Source: Micrococcales bacterium (GTDB lineage Bacteria; Actinomycetota; Actinomycetes; Actinomycetales; Microbacteriaceae). From it: a DNA stretch of 24,000 nucleotides. Below are positions 17,159 to 22,690 of the stretch, piece after piece (position 1 is the stretch's first letter; the number at the start of each line of letters is the position of its first letter). A program made the position numbers and the translations under genes. The DNA lies in NCBI GenBank assembly GCA_016212425.1, contig JACRGJ010000080.1:23633-47632 (forward strand). Direction: 5' to 3'. The notes under the pieces are model-generated. The model was given only the letters and a program-made list of their open reading frames with translations. It searched no databases and was not told the origin of the DNA.

Positions 17159-17244
17159 TCGTCGTGGGCGAAGCGCGAAGGAGCGAAAGCGCAGCGTTAG
17201 CGACGCTTGTGCGCAGCAGGCGACGACCTGCCGATAGCACTCGC

Positions 17245-18348
17245 ATGACCGAAAATGCGCCCGGCGACGGGGTTCTTATATCCGACATAACGTGCCGCGA
17301 ACAGCCAGATTTCCCGACAAGGCAGGACGTGTCCGACGCCTCCGACCGTATCCGAAGATCGTCCGGAGTGTCCATCGACGACTTCGACCTCGTACACCTA
17401 ACTATTTCCCCCGGGTCGATCAAGGTGTCTTGGAAAGGCTCTCCCCGCCCAGCCGGAACCGAGCGGAAGCGGAAAGCAATCACGGAGTGGTCGCGTAAAT
17501 CCCGCAGCTCCATGATCCGCCGACTATGTACGCTCGACTACTCGCCGCTCTTCACGTCGCCAGGTAATGCGCCAGCGGTCATCACGCTCACCTATCCAGG
17601 AGACTGGCGCGCCGTCGCGCCGGACGGTGCCATGGCTAAGCGCCACCTCGCCGCGCTCCGCAAGAGATACGCACGGGAGTTCGGCAACCCGCTGCGGGGT
17701 GTCTGGAAAATGGAGTTCCAAGCTCGTGGGGCAGTCCACTTCCATATCTTTTGCGCTCCGCCTATCGGCAAGCGGTTCCCGCAATGGCTCTCGGTGGCGT
17801 GGGCTGAGGTAGTCAACGCCGCCGACCCAGTAGAGCGGGCAGCCCATGTCGCCGCCGGGACCAGGGTGGACTGGGCGGAGGGCATACGAGCCGCAGATCC
17901 GCGCCGTGTAGCTGTCTATTTCACCAAGCATGGCTCGGCGAACTTTGGCGACAAGGAGTATCAGAATGTCCCCCCGCAGGAGTGGCTTGCGGAAGGCAAG
18001 ACGCTGGGGCGTTTCTGGGGGTATTGGCTCGACCCGGTCGAAACCGACGTGCCGGTGGACAAGGACCGAGCGATCTTCGCCGCCCGCGTCCTCCGAAGGT
18101 GGAGCCGGGCAACGCTGGGCACCCGGCGGGAGCTGGTGTGGCGGACGCACACTGGAAGCGGCGTTATCTACCGACGGCACGCCCGACGACGCGTCCGGAG
18201 AATGCGCGGGCACGCAGGGTTCATCAGCGCCAACGATGGTCCGCGCCTCGCTGACCACATTGCTCGCGCCATCGACGCCCGCTTCGGCGTGCCTAACGAT
18301 GCTGCTACCGGCGACACGCCGTCCTCTGAGATCCCCAGGAGCGGATGA
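17245..18348 (+). CDS. rep: Rolling-circle replication initiator (HUH endonuclease; pSAM2 RepSA-like)
   Basis: The three RCR motifs occur in canonical order: AVITLTYPGDW (motif I), GAVHFHIFCAPP (HUH, motif II) and RRVAVYFTKHGSA (catalytic Tyr, motif III). The start is uncertain. In-frame candidates are GTG 17164, GTG 17209, ATG 17245 and GTG 17329. Confidence 0.8.
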   Translation: MTENAPGDGVLISDITCREQPDFPTRQDVSDASDRIRRSSGVSIDDFDLVHLTISPGSIKVSWKGSPRPAGTERKRKAITEWSRKSRSSMIRRLCTLDYSPLFTSPGNAPAVITLTYPGDWRAVAPDGAMAKRHLAALRKRYAREFGNPLRGVWKMEFQARGAVHFHIFCAPPIGKRFPQWLSVAWAEVVNAADPVERAAHVAAGTRVDWAEGIRAADPRRVAVYFTKHGSANFGDKEYQNVPPQEWLAEGKTLGRFWGYWLDPVETDVPVDKDRAIFAARVLRRWSRATLGTRRELVWRTHTGSGVIYRRHARRRVRRMRGHAGFISANDGPRLADHIARAIDARFGVPNDAATGDTPSSEIPRSG

Positions 18349-18369
18349 CCGCGGAGGTACTTTCCGGAC

Positions 18370-19212
18370 GTGTCGGACGCCCTGCCTCATCCTGACAGCG
18401 AGGACTTCGACGCGCTTGGGCTGAACGCCGTCCATCGCGCGCTCTACTCGTTCCTCTTCCGCCGCCGGGCACATCCCCCGACCATGCTCGAAATCCGGCG
18501 CTTCGCGTCAGACACGCTGGGGGAGCAAAACCAGATCGACCGGCGAGTGCGGAAGCTGCGGGACTGGTTCCAGATCGACGTTGTCCGCGACGGCGATGAG
18601 AGCCGCTACCAGCTGACGGGGTGGAACGCTCGCAAGGTGTCGCCCGGAGCAGACCAGATCAGCGGACGCGTCCGCGCCGAGGTCCTCGCACCTGGGCGAT
18701 GCGCGATGTGCGGGAAGACGCCGCTGGGCGACGGTGTGAAGCTCGTGGTCGATCACAAGGTCCCGCAGAACTGGGGCGGCGGCAACGAGGTGGAGAACCT
18801 CCAACCGCTCTGCGAGGAATGTAATGGCGGCAAACAGGACCGCTTTTCGTCCTTCGATGGCTACGGCGACAAGATCCGCCAGGCGATCTCCTACGAGGAG
18901 CCGCATCGACGCATCGGTGAGCTACTCATCGCGTTCGACGGGGAGTGGGTACCGAGCGACCTGCTTGGCATGGTCGCGTCCGCTCAGCAGTACCAGGAGG
19001 ACTGGCAGAAGCGGACGCGAGAACTACGCAAGCTTGGATGGCAGATCGACATCCGCAAGGAAGCCACTGACATCAGGGTGCGGACGTACTACCGGGCGAG
19101 CGAGTGGCACCTTCTGCCCGAGGAGAACATCGCAGGCGCTATCCGCCGCATCGAGAAGCGCGAGAAGCGCGAACGGCAGGAGCGCGAGCGATCAGTGGAC
19201 AGCAGCAAGTAG
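18370..19212 (+). CDS. HNH endonuclease flanked by two winged-helix-like domains (candidate restriction nuclease partner of the adjacent C5-MTase)
   Basis: The 280-aa ORF has a central CAMCGK...VVDHKVPQNWGGGNEVENLQPLCEECNGGK, which is a CxxC...H-N-N/H...CxxC beta-beta-alpha-Me zinc-HNH core. The N-terminal (~100 aa) and C-terminal (RELRKLGWQIDIRKE...RTYYR) regions look wHTH-like. A Lys/Arg/Glu-rich tail follows. It has a GTG start 21 nt after the rep stop. Confidence 0.85.
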   Translation: MSDALPHPDSEDFDALGLNAVHRALYSFLFRRRAHPPTMLEIRRFASDTLGEQNQIDRRVRKLRDWFQIDVVRDGDESRYQLTGWNARKVSPGADQISGRVRAEVLAPGRCAMCGKTPLGDGVKLVVDHKVPQNWGGGNEVENLQPLCEECNGGKQDRFSSFDGYGDKIRQAISYEEPHRRIGELLIAFDGEWVPSDLLGMVASAQQYQEDWQKRTRELRKLGWQIDIRKEATDIRVRTYYRASEWHLLPEENIAGAIRRIEKREKRERQERERSVDSSK

Positions 19213-20202
19213 AGGCAGCGGAAGCTGGACCACGTTCACTGACGAACGCGCAGCAGCTGCCTTGCCTTCGAGCGCGAGCCTGATCTGCGAACCGACACCA
19301 GCGGCAACCGGGGGCGGGAACGCGTTGCCGATCTGCCGGTACGCCGCGGTCTTGCGTCCCGCGAACTTCCAACCGCGGTCGAACCCCTGGACGGCAGCGA
19401 CCATTTCCAGCGTGAGCTTCGGCATGTGATCGACGGGCGTGTCCTCACCAGGCGCTTCGTTCGCGATGCTGCGCCCATCGACGCCAAGCTGCGCCCAAGC
19501 CGCCCGAGCGCGGGTGGGTCCGAGGTCAGGTCCGCCGTGCTTGCGTGAGCCGCCAACAACCGTGGGACCGATGGCGTTTGCCCGAGCAGCCCACGCCTCT
19601 GCTCCTGCCCATCCGTTTGCCGCCATCATCGGGTACAAGACGCTGCCGACCGTGGGAGCAGGCGTGAACGGCACGTTCCAGTCGAAGCGGCGGAACCACC
19701 TGCGCTTCATCGCCACGAGAATGAACCTCGGACGGAGCTGCGGGACGCCGTAGGAGGCGGCGTGAAGCAGTTTCCAGTCAGCGTCATACCCGAGCGCGTC
19801 CAGCTCGTCGAGGATCGAGGTCCGGTACGGCTTGAAGCGCTCGGAGGCAAGCCCCTTCACGTTTTCGAGCATGACCGCGGTCGGCTTCGCCTCCTTGACC
19901 AGGCGCAGCGCCTCCGGGAACAGGTCGCGCTCATCGTCCGCACCGAGCTGCTTGCCCGCCATGCTGAACGGAGGGCAAGGAACACCGCCCGCGAGAAGGT
20001 CGATGCCCTTGTAATCGCGCCCGTTGACGGCGCGCACATCGCCCTCGAACACGCGCCACGACGGGCGGTTCAGCCGGAGCGTCTCTGACGCCTCGGGCTC
20101 AATCTCTACTGCCAGTTCGTGCCCGAAGCCAGCCTGTTCCAGACCGAACGCCTGACCGCCCCCGCCCGCGCAGATCTCCAAGACGGAAAGCTCGTCGCTC
20201 AC
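19192..20202 (-). CDS. dcm: DNA (cytosine-5)-methyltransferase
   Basis: VSDELSVLEICAGGGGQAFG (motif I), GGVPCPPFS (motif IV, PC), ENV (VI), QLRPRF (VIII) and YRQIGNAFPPPV (X). The GTG at 20202 has GGGGGA upstream. An alternative ATG at 20328 would add 42 aa. The track ORF start at 20703 crosses attR and is rejected. Confidence 0.9.
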   Translation of the reverse strand: MSDELSVLEICAGGGGQAFGLEQAGFGHELAVEIEPEASETLRLNRPSWRVFEGDVRAVNGRDYKGIDLLAGGVPCPPFSMAGKQLGADDERDLFPEALRLVKEAKPTAVMLENVKGLASERFKPYRTSILDELDALGYDADWKLLHAASYGVPQLRPRFILVAMKRRWFRRFDWNVPFTPAPTVGSVLYPMMAANGWAGAEAWAARANAIGPTVVGGSRKHGGPDLGPTRARAAWAQLGVDGRSIANEAPGEDTPVDHMPKLTLEMVAAVQGFDRGWKFAGRKTAAYRQIGNAFPPPVAAGVGSQIRLALEGKAAAARSSVNVVQLPLPLLAAVH

Positions 20203-20377
20203 CTGGTCCCCCGCTCGTGTCGCTTGATTGTGCCGTGCCGGGGATGACTGGGTCCACTCCCGGCGCGCTGCCGCGTGTCGTGAGCCTGGGTTGCTCACGA
20301 CGTGGACGCTACGGGGAGGGTCGGACATTGCTTCGCACAGGTCTTCGAAGCCGGGACCCTCGTGATCTATGCTTCGT

Positions 20378-20400
20378 TGCGTATCGGGTTGCGTATCAGC
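20378..20400 (+). promoter_or_regulatory. Tandem TGCGTATC-N4-TGCGTATCAGC motif (candidate integrase arm-type sites, P arm)
   Basis: tgcgtatc occurs at 20378-20385 and tgcgtatcagc at 20390-20400. This is the same composite and orientation as at 13763-13785. It lies 59-81 bp from the attR core. Confidence 0.5.
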
Positions 20401-20458
20401 CCGACCAGGAGCAGCAAGATCCCCGTAGTTCCGGGGCGGAACCGGCAGGGCGCGGAAC

Positions 20459-20472
20459 CCCCCATCCTCCGC
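20459..20472 (+). repeat. attR core (cccccatcctccgc)
   Basis: An exact copy of the tRNA-Ser 3' end (13681-13694). Confidence 0.85.
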
Positions 20473-20489
20473 CGTGTGAGCCCGCTGAT

Positions 20490-20510
20490 GCGCCCGGGCG
20501 TCCCGGGCGC
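20490..20510. terminator. Palindromic hairpin gcgcccggg-cgt-cccgggcgc (bidirectional terminator between the ancestral tRNA-Ser end and arsC)
   Basis: A perfect 9-bp stem lies 5 nt beyond the arsC stop (20516-20518) and 18 nt beyond attR. Confidence 0.5.
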
Positions 20511-20515
20511 GCCGC

Positions 20516-21172
20516 TCACGAGGCCGCCGAGACCCGCACCTCGAGCTCACCGAGGAGAGCGAGGACTCTCCGCTCGACCTCGTCCCGCACCGGCCGCACC
20601 TCGTCGACCGTCCACGCTGCGGGGTCGGGGAGCGTCCACTCCTGGTAGCGCTTGCCCGGGACGACCGGACACGCATCGCCGCATCCCATCGAGATGACGA
20701 CATCGGCGGCCTGGACGACCTCGTCGGTCCAGGGCTTGGGGTACTCCCCCGAGATATCGATGCCCCGCTCGGCCATGACCTCCACCGCCACGGGGCTCAC
20801 CTGATCGCCCGGCTCGGACCCGCCCGACCAGCCGATGGCGGCCTCGCCCGCGTAGTGCTGGAAGAAGCCGAGAGCCATCTGGGATCGACCGGCGTTGTGC
20901 ACGCACAGGAAGAGCACGGTCGGCAGCCCCGCATAGCCCTGACCGTCGACGCGCGACAGCGCGCGCAGGCGCTGCCGGGCGAACTTCTCCGTCAGGATCG
21001 GCAGATGAGTCGTCACCGTCGCGGACTCGGACAGCCGCGCGTAGGACGAATGCAGGAAACGATCGACGGTCTCCCTCCCGAAGATGCCGCTGAACTCCCT
21101 GGACAGGGAGTCGGCGGAGGAGGCGAGGAAGTTCTCCTGCGTTCCCATGCCCGGTGTCGTACTCGGCGCCAT
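20516..21172 (-). CDS. arsC: Arsenate reductase, LMW-PTP type, with ~80-aa N-terminal extension
   Basis: TVLFLCVHNAGRSQMA (CX5R P-loop) ...VVISMGCGDACP...DP. The N-terminal ~80 aa (SLSREFSGIFGRETVDRFLHSSYARL...) is not part of the PTP fold. SD GAGAGGG lies before ATG 21172. An alternative ATG is at 21148. Confidence 0.85.
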   Translation of the reverse strand: MAPSTTPGMGTQENFLASSADSLSREFSGIFGRETVDRFLHSSYARLSESATVTTHLPILTEKFARQRLRALSRVDGQGYAGLPTVLFLCVHNAGRSQMALGFFQHYAGEAAIGWSGGSEPGDQVSPVAVEVMAERGIDISGEYPKPWTDEVVQAADVVISMGCGDACPVVPGKRYQEWTLPDPAAWTVDEVRPVRDEVERRVLALLGELEVRVSAAS

Positions 21173-21187
21173 TGCGCCACCCTCTCT

Positions 21188-21871
21188 TCAGGCGGCCGTG
21201 AGCCGCGGTGCCCATTCGCCGATGCGGCGGCTGATGGTCTCGAAAGCCTCGTCGAAGGCGCGGTCGCTGCCGTCACGGGCGGGGTCGGGAACGGACCAGT
21301 GCAGACCGGCGTGCGGTTCCAGCTCCTCATTGGCCCGGTCGCACACGGTGATGAGCAGGTCGTCGTCGACGGCGACCCCGTCGAGGGCCCTCGGCTTGCG
21401 GAGCGGGATCCGGACGCCGTGCCGCTCTGCGGAACGCACGGCACGCGGGTCGACCTCCGCCGCCGGATGCGTGCCGGCCGAGACAGCCGGGATCGGACTG
21501 GCGTAGCCCCAGAGAGTCGCCGCCGTCTGAGAGCGGGCCGAATTGGCGGTGCAGACGAACACGATCCGACGGGCGGACCGGACCGGCGTCGCTCCGAGAC
21601 CGTCGAGTGCGTCCGGCCGGAGGCGGAGGTAGCTGCGACGGCGGTCGGCCTCGGATCGGGAGCGCGTGAGCATCCCCACTCGGTGGAGGGCGTTGAGGTG
21701 ATGTGCCAGCAGGCTCGACGACATCCCGAGCTGGTCCTGCAGGTCGCTCGGCGAGACGTCCCCCAGGGCGAGCCGATCGACGATCTGCACGCGAGCGGGG
21801 TCTGCTAGGGCCGCATGGCGCGCCGCGCGATCGGCGACGGACGACGCGACCCCAGTTAGCTCAATGTTCAT
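21188..21871 (-). CDS. ArsR-family HTH regulator fused to an LMW-PTP/ArsC-like domain
   Basis: N-terminal region: AALADPARVQIVDRLALGDVSPSDLQDQLGMSSSLLAHHLNALHRVGMLTRSRSEADRRRSYLRL (ArsR/SmtB wHTH). C-terminal region: RRIVFVCTANSARSQTAA (CX5R) ...LLITVCDRANEE...DP. Confidence 0.85.
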   Translation of the reverse strand: MNIELTGVASSVADRAARHAALADPARVQIVDRLALGDVSPSDLQDQLGMSSSLLAHHLNALHRVGMLTRSRSEADRRRSYLRLRPDALDGLGATPVRSARRIVFVCTANSARSQTAATLWGYASPIPAVSAGTHPAAEVDPRAVRSAERHGVRIPLRKPRALDGVAVDDDLLITVCDRANEELEPHAGLHWSVPDPARDGSDRAFDEAFETISRRIGEWAPRLTAA

Positions 21872-21918
21872 TACCTCGATTTTGACTTAGCAATACCAGG
21901 GCGTCAAGATGGTCTCCG
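21872..21918. promoter_or_regulatory. 47-bp divergent ars control region with two interlocked, apparently leaderless promoters
   Basis: Plus strand: TTGACT (21882-87), 17 nt, CAAGAT (21905-10), 8 nt, ATG 21919. Minus strand: TTGACG (21902-07), 17 nt, CAAAAT (21879-84), 7 nt, ATG 21871. Each -35 overlaps the other promoter's -10. This is the most AT-rich spot of the ars cluster. Confidence 0.4.
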
Positions 21919-22677
21919 ATGTCGTCTCGCCCCGCTCCGCATCCCCAACAGCGGGCGGCCTTCGGGCGTCGCCTGCTCGCGGAGGGCTTGGGAACGAGCC
22001 TCCTCGTCGCCGTCGTCGTCGGATCCGGGATCGCGGCACGCCGACTGTCGCCGGGCGATGCGGGCCTCCAGTTGCTCGAGAACAGTCTCGTCACCGCTCT
22101 CGGCCTGACCGTGCTGATCCTCACGTTCGGGCCGGTGTCGGGGGCGCATCTGAACCCGGTCGTCTCGGTCGTGGACTGGCTCGTGGGACGGCGTGCGGGG
22201 ACGGGTTTGACGCTGCCCCAGACCCTCGCCTACGTGGCGGCGCAGGCAGCGGGAGCGATATCCGGCGCCCTCCTGGCGAACGCCATGTTCTCGGTGCCGA
22301 CCCAGGTCTCGCTCACCATCCGGGACGGGACAGGGCTCCTGCTCGGCGAGACCGTGGCGACAGCCGGACTCGTCGTGGTGATCTTCGGGCTGGCCCGCAC
22401 GGGCCGGCCGAACGTGACCGCTCCCGCGGTGGGTGCCTACATCGGGGCCGCGTACTGGTTCACCAGCTCGACCTCGTTCGCAAACCCCGCCGTCACGGTT
22501 GGCCGGATGTTCTCCGACACCTTCGCCGGGATCGCGCCCGCCTCCGTCCCGGCGTTCCTCGCCGCCCAACTGGTCGGCGGCGCGGTGGCACTCGGGGTCG
22601 TATCTCTGCTTTTCCCCGACGTCAGCAGAGCGGCTGGCGACGTCGTGATCCCGCCCGCACCCGCCGGCGAGAACTGA
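21919..22677 (+). CDS. MIP-family channel (aquaglyceroporin, AqpS-like arsenite channel)
   Basis: The 252-aa ORF has two half-repeats carrying SGAHLNPVVS and SFANPAVT (NPA boxes) and six predicted hydrophobic helices. It sits in an ars context. Confidence 0.85.
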   Translation: MSSRPAPHPQQRAAFGRRLLAEGLGTSLLVAVVVGSGIAARRLSPGDAGLQLLENSLVTALGLTVLILTFGPVSGAHLNPVVSVVDWLVGRRAGTGLTLPQTLAYVAAQAAGAISGALLANAMFSVPTQVSLTIRDGTGLLLGETVATAGLVVVIFGLARTGRPNVTAPAVGAYIGAAYWFTSSTSFANPAVTVGRMFSDTFAGIAPASVPAFLAAQLVGGAVALGVVSLLFPDVSRAAGDVVIPPAPAGEN

Positions 22678-22690
22678 GAGGAACGACAGG

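Larger units (their letters stand above)
13681..20472 (+). mobile_element. tRNA-Ser-integrated ~6.8 kb integrative (and probably replicative) element: int, vsr, 3 unknown ORFs, RCR rep, HNH nuclease, C5-MTase
   Basis: The 14-bp exact direct repeat cccccatcctccgc occurs at 13681-13694 (tRNA 3' end, attL) and at 20459-20472 (attR). With one mismatch the repeat extends to 18 nt (gaaNcccccatcctccgc). The integrase gene lies immediately inside attL. The interior is visibly less GC-rich than the flanks. The chromosomal context (a palindromic terminator, then arsC) resumes right after attR. Confidence 0.85.

Noticed and set aside
17524-18474. 316-aa minus ORF, and other ORFs antisense to rep (17592..17885, 17921..18152) and to the HNH gene (18508..18906)
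   Set aside because: They are antisense to genes with clear catalytic motifs, and nothing in them is recognisable.
13694-20459. Search for a conjugative translocase (FtsK/TraSA), a Walker-A ATPase, a MerR-type excisionase or toxin-antitoxin pairs inside the element
   Set aside because: None of the listed translations in either strand shows GxxxxGK[ST] or an excisionase-like HTH. Their absence is reported as part of the island finding rather than as a feature.
20203-20703. Extension of the dcm ORF to 503 aa, and plus-strand ORFs 20217..20648 and 20302..20697
   Set aside because: These frames cross the attR junction into the arsC gene, so they cannot be native genes of either the element or the chromosome. 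MTase motif I sits 7 residues after GTG 20202.
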